The notes under the pieces are model-generated. The model made no database searches. It saw only the letters and a program-made list of their open reading frames with translations, and was not told the DNA's origin. Shown in pieces: positions 51,366 to 64,000 of a DNA stretch of 64,000 nt. The DNA is taken from the NCBI GenBank assembly GCA_964016885.1, contig OZ024744.1, positions 106,268,001 to 106,332,000 on the forward strand. Direction: 5' to 3'. How positions within the stretch are numbered: the first letter of the stretch is position 1; every line of letters begins with the position of its first letter. Origin of the DNA: Eledone cirrhosa (Eukaryota). A program made the translations under genes and the position numbers.

Positions 51366-54300
51366 TATAACGGCGGCAAAGATTCGAAACCGAATCTGAG
51401 CTTTCCCGCCTCTGGGACAAGCCGTGGTAAGTTGTTTACGCTTGACAGACCAACCCCTTGAGAGATGCTAAACACAGGTCAGAGGTGTTTACGCCTGACT
51501 GAAAATAGGTCAGAGGATATATCCATCTTTCTGACTTGTTTACGCCTAGCAAACCAACCCCTTGGGAGATACTAACCAAAGGTCAAAGGATATATCTATC
51601 CTTCTAACTTCAACCCTTATAAATACAAGTCTTGTTTACGCCCCGACAGAAAAAGTGTTACCACGGACAAGACGGACATTTCACCTACTCTGACAAATCT
51701 CCCTTCACGAAAAACGTCTGTCACTATTTCTCACACGCCTGACTTAGTTATTACTACTACTGTTAAATCAAGAAAGTATACTAATTCGCACACACGCATT
51801 CATAGTAAGTTCACACTGTTTGCATTTTTACATGCACCATTTCTGTCATTCACATTGTATCTTTCAGATACAATACAAATTATATTATATAGTATTCTGT
51901 GATACTTGTATTTTCGTGGCTCGAAGAGCCACCAAATTATTGTACGAATATTTCATGTTATAGATTTTATCATTCAATATTCAAATTGAATATTGTTATA
52001 ATAAAATAAACATTGTAACAACACAATCCTGGTATTATTCTTTGTATTGAAACCATCATACCAACAATTCCATCTATCCACTATCTGTTACAACCGGAAT
52101 ATTCGCTACAACTGGTGACCCCGTAAAACAGACACACAACCTTCTGATTATTCACTACAAATGATGTCCCTTACACACGACGATTCATCTACGGCAGAAA
52201 TGGCAGTCTGGGCGGCGTTTACATTAAGGATTCTACCATTCTGGGTGCACGATCAAACACTGGTTCGTGCACATCGAAGAGCAGTTCGCATCGAACCAGA
52301 TCGTTAGCGAGGCATCCCGTCTCACACATGTCATTGGTTCGATATCTCCGGAGATTATGAATGAGGTTTGAGAACTCATTTTAGCACCACCCGGCTCTGT
52401 GTCATATGACACATTTAAAACAACGTTAATTAAGAGGACGTCGGAGTCGCAGCATAAGCGTTTGCACCAGCTCCTCATATCGGAAGAATTAGGAGATAAA
52501 AAGCCAACGCCACTCCTACGGCGAATGAAGCAGCTCCTGGGAGAACATAAACTCCCGGATGAAATTTTCAAGCAACTCTTCCTCCAGCGTTTGCCTTCTG
52601 CCACACAAGTTGTACTAGCGTCCACCACCATAGAAGAACTCACCGAGCTGGCAGATAAGATCATGGAGGTACCATATCCACACTCAACTTTAGCAAATGT
52701 GATGCTAGCTGTGCCTTCCACCAATCCGTTCCTTCAGCTCGCTGATTTGGTGGTCGCTCAAGAAGTCCGAGCGCATCCCGTGATTCACAAGAATTGTGTT
52801 GGCACCACCAAAAATTCGGGAGACGAGCACAAAAGTGCAGCCATCCCTGTTCATTTGTCAAATCAGGGAAACGACACAGCCAGAAACTGAATGCGACGGA
52901 CGTTTCTGGCCCTCATAACCAAAGTCGCCTGTTTTTCATTCAGAATCGCAAAACAGGCACATGTTTCCTGGTCGACACCGGTGCTGAAGTCAGCATCATC
53001 CCAGTTTCCTGCGTTCCTGGAAAAAGGAAAGAGACACCAGCCTGGCTCCATGCGGTGAATCACTCACACATTCCGATTTACGGAGAACAGTCCCAGACAA
53101 TTTGGGACTACGCCGCACTTTCCAGTGGGTATTCGTTGTGACTAAGCTGCCGACCCCTATTTTAGGAGCTGATTTTCTTCAGCACTTCTCACTGCTAGTG
53201 AACCTGAAAAACCAACGACTCGTTGACAACTCCACTGGTCTCGCTGTGCGCGGCATAGCCGCTAGGACAGCCACAGTCAGTCCAGTCATTTCGCAATCGT
53301 CAACAACAACCCAACACGACCATATAATCAACAAATATCCAGACGTAGCTCGACCAGTATTCAACGCCTGCCCTGTAAAACGTGACGTCACCCACCACAT
53401 AAAAACACACGGCCCACCTGTCGCTGCGCGACCTAGAAGGCTACCACCAGACCGGCTGAAGCCCGTCAGACAAGAATTTCAGCACATGCTGGATCTCGGC
53501 ATCATACGTCTGTCCAGCTGCAACTGGTCCTCACCCATACACTGTGTATCCAAGAAGTCATCGAACGAGTAGCGAATCTGTGGCGACTACCGTGCACTGA
53601 ACAACTGCACCATGCCTGACTCTTATCCAGTGCCTCATCTACAGGAGTTCTCTAGTTCGTTGCACGGAGCTCGCATATTTTCGAAGATCGATCTTGTGCG
53701 AGCTTACAATCAGATACCTGTGGAGCTCGCTGATATTCCGAAGACCGCCGTCACAACACCCTTTGGAATGTTCGAATTTCTGCGTATGCCTTTCAGTTTG
53801 CGTAATGCAGCACGGACATTACAACAATTCATTGATACAGTCACCAGAGGTCTACCTTTTGTATATGCATACATCGACGACTTACTGGTGGCCAGCGGCT
53901 CTGATGAAGAACATGAGAAACACCTGGATCTCCTATTCACACGTTTGCGTGAATACGGAATTGTTATCAACCCCAGCAAATGTGAGTTCAGAGTTGCGTC
54001 CCTTCATTTTCTGGGACACATCATTGATGAAGATGGCATTCGCCCACTTAAGGAGAAGGTCAAATCCATCATTGATTTTCCACAGCCCACATCTCTCCGC
54101 AAACTGCGAGAATTCCTTGGCCTGGTAAACTTCTACAGAAGATTTATACCACACTGTGCATAATCAGCCCAACCGCTCACAGATTTGCTGTGGCAGCGTA
54201 CAACCAAAAACGCAAACATCAATCTCAGCGAAAAAGAATGAACCACTTTCGCTGAGTTGAAGAAAATATTGTCCAAGGCTACAATGCTGAGTTACCCCCA

Positions 54301-56102
54301 AACCTGACACCCCAATGTGTTTATTGACTGATGCATCCGATTTCGGAGTTGGAGGTGTGCTTCAACAACTCTCTGGCGATATTTGGCGACCTGTATCTTT
54401 TTTCTCTAAGCAATTAAAACCCGTCGAAACTAAGTACAGCACATTCAGCCGTGAATTATTGGCAGCATACCTTGCTGTCAACCATTTTCGACACATGCTA
54501 GAAGGTCATGTGTTCTCAATATACACCAACCACACCACAAACCACTAGTGTACGCGTTCAACGCCAAGTCTGACCGATACTTACCCAGGGAGGTCCGACA
54601 TCTGGATTTCATTTCTCAGTACACTACTGATATTCAGTACATTAAGGGTGCCACCAACTCAGCAGCTGATGCCCTGTCGCGCATGGAGCTTAACGCAATC
54701 CACACCACTGCCACTATCGATCTCCAGAAGATTGCAGCAGATCAACAGAATAACGAGGAACTGCTGCAGCTACGGAAATCATCCTTGAAATTGCAGGAAT
54801 GCCCGCTACCCTCTTCAGGTTATATTTGGTGCGACATCTCCACAGGCCACGAGCGCCCATACGTGCCCCGGAAACATCGATGCAACGTTTTTTTGGCACT
54901 GCATTCTCTGGCACACCGTGGTGTCCATGCCATGCAGAAACTGATGGTTGCCCACTTTGTGTGGCCCAACATCAACAAGGACACCCGCGAATGGGCTAGG
55001 AACTGTATCGCGTGCTATAAGGCGAAAATTCACCGGCACATCAAAGCCCCAATCGTTTCTTTCGCAACACCTGATGCACGGTTCCATCATGTGCACATAG
55101 ACATCGTTGGACCTTTGCCTCCTTCTCACAACTACACTCATCTTCTCACCTGTTGAGCCCGATTTTCTCGCTGGCCAAACCTTTCCCCTGACAGATATTA
55201 CTGCAAAAACTGTCGCTAAAACGCTAGTGCTTCACTGGCACACCTGCAACCATCACTACGGATAGAGGACGTCAGTTCGATTCGCACCTATTTACCGAGC
55301 TGACTCGTCTCCTCGGGTGTAAACATCCGTACAACAGAGTATCACCCTGCCGCTAACGGCATGGTAGAACGCTTCCACCATCAGCTAAAATCGGCCATCA
55401 AGGTTTACGCAGACTCCACTAACTAGTTCGAATACCTCCCACTCATTCTTCTCGGTATTCGTTCCACTGTTAAGGAGGGAGTTGGACATTCTCCGGCTGA
55501 AATGGTTTATGGCACCGTACTCGCTCTACCCGGACAAATGATCGCTTCTGTTTTGCTACAAGAACTTCCAGACTCAACAAAATATGTGCACCGTTTACGG
55601 TCATCGATGTGGCATCAGTCTCCTTCAGCCCCTAAACAACAGCACGTTACTTCACACATATCAAAGGACATCGATACATGGACGCATGTTTTCATTAGAA
55701 ATGACGATATTCCATCGCAACTTCGTCTGTCGTATTCCGGGCCCTATAAGGTGATACAGAAACACCCTAAGTATTTCGTCCTTGACTTGAACGGGAAACG
55801 AAATACCGTCTCCATTGATCATTTAAAAAAAGCATTCATAGAACAGGAATTGCTACCAGTACCCACCGTTTCTCCAGCAGACTCACCAACAACTTTTCCT
55901 GACACAACCCCCGACACACCAAATCTGGAAGAACAGTCCGATGGACCACGCGATACCTACAAGTTTATCTGAGCTTTCCCGCCTCTGGGACAAGCCATGG
56001 TAAGTTGTTTACACTCGACAGACCAACCCCTTGGGAAATGCTAAACACAGGTTAGAGGTGTTTACACCTGACAGAAAATAGGTCAGAGGATATATCCATC
56101 TT
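51366..56102 (+). mobile_element. Decayed Gypsy/Ty3 LTR retrotransposon
   Basis: 5' LTR about 51366-52110 (ends cgctaca), tRNA-Trp PBS at 52113, gag remnant (CWHHQKFGRRAQKC), protease FLVDTGAEVS, RT YIDD, RNase H TDASD, integrase HIDIVGP...GPY. Many stops and frameshifts. Only a ~135-bp piece of the 3' LTR remains (55967-56102). Confidence 0.93.
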
Positions 56103-56107
56103 TACTG

Positions 56108-57780
56108 AGATGCGAAAAGCATTGAGAGAAGTAGGAGTCAAACTAGTAACCTGTATAGTCAATCAGGTAATACAGGGTGGTGTCGTATCTAATGACTGGT
56201 ACAGCAGTACAGTTGTCACCTACATAGTCAATCAGGTAATAGAGGGTGGTGTCATACCTAATGACTGGTACAGCAGTACAATTGTCACCTACATAGTCAA
56301 TCAGGTAATAGAGGGTGGTGTCATACCTAATGACTGGTACAGCAGTACAATTGTCACCTACATAGTCAATCAGGTAATAGAGGGTGGTGTCATACCTAAT
56401 GACTGGTACAGCAGTACAATTGTCACCTACATAGTCAATCAGGTAATACATGACAGAGTCATACCCAATGACTGGTACAGCAGTACAATTGTAAATTGCT
56501 ACATGGGCAAAGGTGATACCCAAGAGAGGAGCAACTATAGAGGAATAAAACAAATGGACCAATTCATGAAATTGACTGAAAGAGCTACAGCACAACTAAT
56601 TAGGGAAAGAGTCAAATTAGACAAGTCGAAGTTTTGTTTTATGCCTGGGAAAAGTACTACAAGCGCCTCCTTTTTAGTGAAGCAACTATAAGAGAAGTTC
56701 TTAGACAAAAATAAGCCACTCTACTTAGCTTTCATTGACCTGGAGAAAGTATTTGACAGAGTATCCCAATTTATTATCTGATGACAACAATACAAGTCAT
56801 GTATAGAGGAGCTGTCAGTAAAGTGAGAGAAGGAAGTGAGTTTAGAGAGGAATTCAAGGTACAGGTAGGAATTCATCAAAATTCAGTTCTTAGCCCACTA
56901 CTATAAGACTGGCTGCTATGCAGATGATCTGGTCCTTATAGCTGAATCCTTTAAAGACATAGAAACAAAAGTTAGAATGAAAAGGCCTAAGAGTAAACTT
57001 AACCAAAACTAAAGTGCCACAAGATCGGACTCTGATTCCTTCAGGGAAGTGGCCCAGCTGTAGAAAGGGAGAAGGTATAAACTCCATATGATGTACACAA
57101 TGTAAATCTTTGGTGCACAAGAGATGTAGTGGGATAATGAGTAAGCTAACAGGAAGGGAAGACTTTGTTTGTAGAGGATGCACAGGCGTTACCGAGGGGA
57201 AGATAACCAGTAATTTAAGCCTATTCCAGTCACAGGAAAGACCCATAGAAGTGGTTGATAGCTTCTGCTATCTAGGAAAAGTAATTAACAATGGAGGTGG
57301 GTGTTTTGAAAGCATAATATCTAGAATAAGGATAGAATGGAAAAAATTCATAGAGCTACTACCTCTGTTGACCACAAAAGGTTTCTCCCTATATACAAAA
57401 GGATGTTTGTGTGCGAAGTGCAATGTTGCATGGTAGTGATTCATTGGCTGTGACTGCAGAGGACATGCATAAACTGGAGAGAAATGAAGCAACCATGCTT
57501 CATTGGATGTGCAATGTAAGTGTGAGAGAGAGGCAGAGCTTGGATGAGTTGAGGGAGAAGCCTAGTTTAAGTGGAATCCAAGGTGGTTCGCAGGTGAGAA
57601 GACTGTGTTGGTTTGAATTGGTGGGTGAAGAAGTGCCAGGAAATGCCAGGGGAAGGAAGTCGTGGTAGAGATTGATGAAGAAAGACTCGAGCAGAGGTTG
57701 TGAGAGCTGACCTCAAATTACTGAGACTTGTGGAGGAGGTGACAAAGGATTGTGATGAGTAGAGAGATGCCGTGCTGTAA
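56108..57780 (+). mobile_element. RTE LINE 3' part (RT, decayed) with an in-frame 69-bp tandem repeat of about 5 copies
   Basis: IPNDW...NYRGIK...FIDLEK, YADDLVL, FCYLG. The TYIVNQVIEGGVIPNDWYSSTIV unit repeats across 56149-56492. Confidence 0.85.
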
Positions 57781-58626
57781 TCTGTCAGAGTATTGTATCT
57801 TTTCTGTGTGTGGATATGATATCCACACATATTACAGAAGTAACAAACATAAACGAACTCCAAACAAAACTAAACAGAAAACATAAGTGGAATAGCAGCA
57901 ACATCACAACTAGTAATTAAGGACAAAATGAAGATATATAGAGATACACAAAAAAACAAACTAACAAAACAAACAAGACACACAGATAGAACAAACAACC
58001 AACTAGTGACCAGTAAATAAACATATAAATAAATAAATAAACACACACGGATATAACGCATGTGGTCGCTTGTGTACATAAAACTGATTGGCCTATCTGC
58101 TGGTGTGCAGGTCTAGCTGATGGGCCAGTCTGCTAATATATATGCAAAATCGGGCTGATCAGTCACTGTACATTCCAGAGGATATCATATATTTTCACTA
58201 GCTCTGGAGGTTGGCAGGTAGGCAGTGTGCGGTACTGATGAAGGACGTCTGCCATTCTGTTTGTGTGCTGACACGGGAGCGGGAATGATGGGGTCACTCA
58301 GCTTGCATGGCTTAGGGAGGCTGTTTGCATGATGGCAAACAAATCGAAAGTTGTTGTTAATATTCAAAAAGCTCAGATTTACATTATGATGATGATATAT
58401 ATATCATCATCATCGTTTAATGTCCATCTTCTACGCTAGCATGGATATATATATAATGGTAAACATTGAGGACCGAATAAATTAACTGATATAAAAGATA
58501 CAGAAGCGAAAACCAACCAAACAGTGAGTGTGTTCTGTTATTAAGTCTGGTAATATTATTACAACAATATGACCCTCCCCAAGTATAACAATATTTGTTT
58601 CGACACACGATTTCATATAAAAAACC

Positions 58627-59290
58627 TGGTGTCTTTTACATCATGGATCACAGGCCTCACGCACTGGGACTGAACAAAGTCTGATTCACTGCTTTGGGTC
58701 CTATTCCCCTCTTGGACTCAACTCACCTCCCCAATTTCTCTAATACCCCGTCCATTATCACACCCCTAGATTCCTATCGCTTTCTCTTGATCATTAGCAA
58801 CTTCTCTTACTACTAATACATGCCTAACATACTTTTGCTCATAGCTTCGTACTTACATGCACACACACTCTTTTACTCACATATACACACACATTTCTTC
58901 TTAGCTTCGTACGGACCTATAATAACACACACACACACACACACACAGATACACACACACACATGCTTACACACGTGCTCAAGTATAGCTCTTTTTACAA
59001 AACGTTTTTTTTTTCATTTCAGGTAGACGCGCTCCATCATCCATTTTTCTAAAAAAACAAATCATATACAAAACGCCAGCACCAACAGTTTTGCAAGAGG
59101 TGTCAACATGAATGGACCTGTTATTTTATCTAAAGATATTTTTTCCAATTCCATCCTGCCCGTCCCCTCAATCTATCTTATTACTCATTCTATCCTCTGA
59201 TGAAGGACTAGCGTCCGAAACGTTAAGTCACACTTCCTGCTATATCAAGCGTTAATCTAATATATTCCTTCCATATACTGTACCGATTGT
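58627..59290 (+). mobile_element. 3' end of a Penelope-like element (GIY-YIG C-terminus plus hammerhead)
   Basis: 58627-58743 translates ...SRTGTEQSLIHCFGSYSPLGLNS..., matching the PLE endonuclease end R..EQ.LI..G...P.GLN. Hammerhead core CTGATGA-a-ggac-tagc-gtcc-GAAACGTTA at 59197-59225. Confidence 0.72.
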
Positions 59291-59598
59291 GTTGTTATTT
59301 CTGTTTACCTTTTATGGATATATATATATCATCATCATCATCATCATCAACATCATCATCTATATATATGTATATATACACGCACACACATATATATATA
59401 TATAATGAAACGAGACGTCCGTCTGGGAAGAGATATATTCGATATGTCTCATATGAAATAATACAGCTAATTTCCCACGCTATACTTTTAGTTAGCACCC
59501 CAAACGCATAATTAGGAATATAATCACTTATTTCCTGTTTGTTGAGTGAGTTGGAATTTGGCCGGAGTATCGCTAAAAAGCTTTCTCCAATATTGTAT

Positions 59599-59599
59599 T

Positions 59600-59640
<41 letters not shown>

Positions 59641-59835
59641 ATGTGTGTGTGTGTGTGTGTGTGTATGAATGAAGTAATTCCGTCGGAAAGGTCCAGGAAA
59701 AAAGAGTGCTCTATGTAGGTTACAGAGCTTATTAGTTATGTAACCACTGGTAAATGAAATAATTATCTTATGTTGTTTATTAGATAACATAAATATATAT
59801 ATGTGTGTGTATATATATATATGTTTGTGTGTGTG

Positions 59836-59868
<33 letters not shown>

Positions 59869-59870
59869 AC

Positions 59871-59914
<44 letters not shown>

Positions 59915-59945
59915 GTGTGTGTGTGCATATATATATACATATATA

Positions 59946-59993
<48 letters not shown>

Positions 59994-60016
59994 CATATAT
60001 ATATGTGTGTGTGTGC

Positions 60017-60047
<31 letters not shown>

Positions 60048-60078
60048 CGTGTGTATATATATATATATATATATATAT
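59599..60078. repeat. Compound (TA)n/(TG)n microsatellites
   Basis: Alternating dinucleotide runs. Confidence 0.95.
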
Positions 60079-60426
60079 TCTTGCTAGCAGGGAAAGTGGA
60101 CATTAAAGCAATGATGTCGATGATGATGATAAATATGTTTACCCAGCTGAACCAGTGATCCAAAAAACTTGTCCAGACCTGGATTACATCCAATGTACTA
60201 ACAAAGATATTAACAACAAACAAATCAACATACAATCAAATAAAGTAGATATATAAATATATATACAAGATAAATCAATAATATACATATATATATATAT
60301 ATATATAGGAACGATCGCCTTTCGTCAAATTGGACTGAGGAAACAATGTTTCCATTGGTCTTTCCAATTGCTAATACTATCTATCGGTCGCACCTCCAGG
60401 TATAACTCCAGGTATAACTCCAGATA

Positions 60427-60769
60427 TCATTTCATCATCATTTCATTTTACGTCCGCTTTTTCCCTGCTTGCAAGGGTGGGACGGGAACTGATTCTGGCT
60501 CGATTTCTACAGCTGGATGCCCTTCCTAACACCAACCTCATTTACAGTGAGTGCTGGGTGCTTTTTTGCCGTGGCACCTCCACGACCACTTTGCAGTGGA
60601 ATGATAAGGACCCCAGTCCCTATCATCTCATTTCTACAGCTGAGTAAACTGGAGCAATGTGAAATAAAGTGTCTTGCTCAAGGAAACACCACATCACCCG
60701 GTCTGAGAATTGAACTCACAACCTTTCGATTGCAAGGCCAATGCTCTAACCACTAAGCCATGTGCCTCC
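60427..60769 (-). mobile_element. Full-length SINE family B
   Basis: Reverse complement of the 19326-19660 type with an intact B box (gagttcaattc); flanked on both sides by aggtataactc. Confidence 0.85.
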
Positions 60770-61164
60770 AGGTATAACTCTATATATATAAAAACATAAA
60801 ACGAAAGCAATATAAATACTATGAATTCATTAATCAGTAATAGTTAGTGAAAGCCACCTGGGAAAGAGGAGAATAGACTGATAAAAACATCAATAATTAT
60901 AATAATTATTTCTTTATTGGTCAATGAGACAAAATATTGACAAATAGAAATAAACAGGGATGGGGGGGGGGGGGCTTAAAATAAGTCAACAGAAGAAAAT
61001 AACAGGTAATAAAATAATAAATTAATAATGACAAGAGAATAAGGAGAAGAAAGCAGGTAAGGGTTTAAACTCTTGCTTGAGTGGGAGAAGGTTCTTCTCT
61101 GAAGAACTGCTGTCTATCTCTCTGGAGAGTTTCTTACCATAATAAATTAATAATGACAGAATTC

Positions 61165-61445
61165 CTGAATAAGAAGGAGCACCAACCAGGTGTAATTAGG
61201 AACCCCCACCCCACCCCATGTTTGAGAAATAAGTAACAGAAGAAACCAGATGTAATTAGGAAACCCCACCCTGTATCTGAGAAATAAGAAGGAACACTAT
61301 CAGGTGTAATTAGGAACCCCCCACCCTGTATCTGAGAAATAAGAAGTAGCACTAATCAGGTGTAATTAGGAACCCCCCACCCCGTATATGAGAAATAAGT
61401 AGGAGAAGTAACCAGGTGTAATTAGGACCCTACTTCCCCTGTATC
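61165..61445. repeat. Diverged ~56-bp tandem repeat, about 5 copies
   Basis: Recurring caggtgtaattaggaacccc...tgagaaataag. Confidence 0.8.
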
Positions 61446-61835
61446 TAAGATTACTTGATCACCAAGTGTGCCACTGGTGGAAGTTGTCGTAGATAAACCT
61501 GATTGGAATTGCCCACATCTTCATCATCCCAACCACCCCTTCAACAACAAATACTAATCTCATTGCCAGGGCCTCCACCAAAATGTTAAACTCCCTATTG
61601 AGCTGAGTTATGGAGAAGAAATTTTCTATTATGTCCTTCTTGTTTACATTTTTCTTTATCGGTGTTAGTATTCCCCAAATCCCAGAACTGGAACTCCTCC
61701 CATTCTGCTGCCAGTTGCAACAGACAGCTGCTATGACATTGACAAACAAGTCTGGCATATCTACATAAAATGTGTGGGGCAGACCCTCAAAACTGGATGA
61801 TCTGTACCTTGTACAATCACTGAGGGCCATGTATT

Positions 61836-62022
61836 GGGGATTGGCAGTATCAGTAGAGGGTCGCACGTCATGCTTTGACACATAGAGTTACGGCCCTTGC
61901 CATTCCGAGTACAAATCCCGCCAAAGTTAACTTTGCCTTTCCTCATTACGGGGGTCGATAAAATAAAGTACCAGTGATGCACTGGGTAATTGCTGGCCTT
62001 GTGCCAATAGTAGAAACAATTA
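61836..62022 (+). mobile_element. SINE family A, plus strand
   Basis: ggattggcagtatcagtagagggtcg...gtagaaacaattat. Confidence 0.85.
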
Positions 62023-62608
62023 TTAATGTTTTGCAACACTTGGCATCAAGAACTGCCATAGGTTATCAAGGTGGAGACTACAGTCCACTATCATCTCGGT
62101 CCCCACTTTTTCCTTGAACAGTTATGTAAAGTGTTGCTGGAAAGGATGAGCCTAATAGTCTAAAGACTGAATTGTGACTTTCATTCCTTGCTCCACCTCG
62201 GTCACTCTGGCTCATCAAACAGCTTTTGCTCCTTCATGTCTCAGAGCACATGCATTACCTCTGACAATAGTATTAGCTGCTGTTATCAGCTTTTAATAGC
62301 ACTCTACATCAGCTGCTGAGAACTCTATGTGCTCAACTCAGTCCACCAATGACTGAAGTGTGACTTTTCATGCTCCACCTCTTCCACTCAGACCCATCAA
62401 ACAGCTTTAGTTCTTTCATCTTTTATCTCTGACCATGTACCTTCATCTTTCACATTAAAGAAATAGTCTATTGCTATTCTTGCAGCTAGTACATTAGTTG
62501 CAATGCCACTCCTAATAATCTCTTCTAGTTTAGCTACCAACTCCCTCTCTGCTCTATTTCTACTTCTTTACTAAAAGCTATTGATTCTACCTTACTTAAT
62601 AAAGTGAC

Positions 62609-63045
62609 TGTAGTGACCCCTAGCGGTGGAGCCCAGAACTCATTAGAGTTACGTCCCTTTGGGATGGTAGTGACCCCTAGTGTCAAGAAGTAATCGAGGT
62701 TACATCCCCATTGGGACTATATATTGAGACCCTCAGAACATTCTCTTTCTTTTCGCTCCTTCACTCTATTTAGCGATGTAGCAGCCCTGGAGAACGGAGC
62801 TGATTTCTCCCACGACAAGTGTGGAGGCCAATACCTAACTACACCAGTGAACATGTAAGAGCCTTCTCTCATCAAGCACAAACTTTGGTCTCAATCCATT
62901 CAACTACTTGAAACATCGACAAACTCTGTATTCTCCTGTAATTTATATAATGTTCTCTTTTGACTTCCGTGAAGTAAACCAATCTACAAACAAATTAAAT
63001 CAACCTTTCATGTTATGTATCTAAAATAGTAGTAATAAATTATAT
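62609..63045 (+). mobile_element. Probable solo-LTR remnant
   Basis: Starts tgtagtg and shares tttgacttcYgtgaagtaaa with the forward arm of the 5295-5928 element. The 3' CA end was not identified. Confidence 0.45.
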
Positions 63046-63090
63046 ATATAATACTAATCTTCTAAATGACCAATTAAAAATGTAACTCAC

Positions 63091-63182
63091 TTATCAGATA
63101 TTGGTGTGAAAGTATCTGTATTTTTGTAATATGAGCTCTGGATTCCAACTGAAGCACAACATCTTGTGGATACATACAGAAC
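63091..63182 (-). CDS. CEP104: CEP104 coding exon, the most 5' one in the window: FCMYPQDVVLQLESRAHITKIQILSHQYLI
   Basis: Acceptor tttctttcaatttcag, donor A|gtgagt, 92 nt, phase 2 to 1. Matches recalled human CEP104 FCQFPQEIVLQMVERCRIRKLQLLAHQYMI. Confidence 0.92.
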
Positions 63183-63284
63183 CTGAAATTGAAAGAAAAA
63201 CTGGAATGTACAACAGTGTTTTTAATTTGGGTACATTACCACCAATTTGTTGGAAAACTGGAATATATAACTTCTTCACCCACT

Positions 63285-64000
63285 TATCCCTAAGAGGGTC
63301 TTAGGGGCATGGTTCTCAAACACACCTTCTAGTGGGTCCTGTTAGAGGCAATCATCTCCAACTGATCCCCAAGCAAGACCAGTCAAACTCATGGATAATA
63401 TCCAACCATCTTGCTCAGGGTCTACCCCTGCGTCTCATGCTGGTTGGTTTTGCTTGTAAAATCTGTCCAGTGATTCTTTCCTGAGACATTCTAACCACAT
63501 GCCCATAGTATCGAAGCTGTGATCTCTCAATGCAGAGAAGTAGCGGCTCTACCTGGAGTAACTCTCTGATCTCCGAGCTACACATTCTATTGAGTAATGT
63601 TGCTCCAAAGACCCTTCGGCGGAATACCAATTTGACTGCTTGTATTCGCGATCATATTCTTTCGGTCATTACCCAAGATTTGTGACTAAATTGAAGATAG
63701 CGAGTTTGGCTTTTACACCTGCCTCCCTTCTTCTGATTACTGAAAACTGAAGCTGATTCATTATTGCACCAGTTCCTGCAATTGTTGCATTTAATTCAGG
63801 CCCCTGCCTTCCATCACTTGTGAACATGGCCCTGAGATACTTGGACTTCTCCACCTGCTTCAGTGGAACTCCATTCACATGTAGTGTGCACTGCACTAGG
63901 CTTCTTGAGAGGACAAGTGCCTCAGTTTTTGCAGCACTGATTTTCATTCGAGCCATGCAACACTCGGCATCAAACCTATCGACTGCAAGTCAGAGATCAA
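63285..64000 (-). mobile_element. 3' part of an RTE LINE (runs off the window)
   Basis: MKISAAKTEAL...LKQVEKSKYL and QLRYYGHVVRM...RRRGRP. Confidence 0.8.

Noticed and set aside
58228-58252. ctgatgaagg in the second copy of the 12960-13325 repeat
   Set aside because: An internal deletion removed stem II, GAAA and the cleavage site.

Overview
AT-rich, repeat-dense animal genomic DNA. The SINE types and repeat landscape suggest an octopod cephalopod, which is an inference. The whole window lies inside one minus-strand gene, a CEP104 (centrosomal/ciliary-tip protein 104) orthologue. I traced 13 coding exons by hand (63182 down to 1, 1174 coding nt); all have GT-AG boundaries and compatible phases. 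The introns hold minisatellites (46-73 bp units), microsatellites, about 25 copies or fragments of one tRNA-derived SINE, a CORE-type SINE, RTE, R4/Dong-like and CRE-like LINE fragments, a decayed Gypsy element, a young non-coding LTR element, piggyBac-type MITEs, a Helitron, and Penelope-like fragments with minimal hammerhead ribozymes. The most notable observations are: (1) a ~40-copy minisatellite built from the gene's own splice acceptor plus exon start, where only the authentic copy has a TTAAC branch motif; (2) several minimal type-I hammerheads, including one in each arm of a 525-bp palindrome; (3) two related LTR-type inserts in the same 51-bp satellite, one with two inverted U3-like ends and a 4-bp TSD, the other with an extended tRNA-Trp PBS mismatched exactly opposite m1A58. 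The very long ORFs in the ORF track are tandem-repeat artefacts. All family calls rest on recalled motifs, not database searches.
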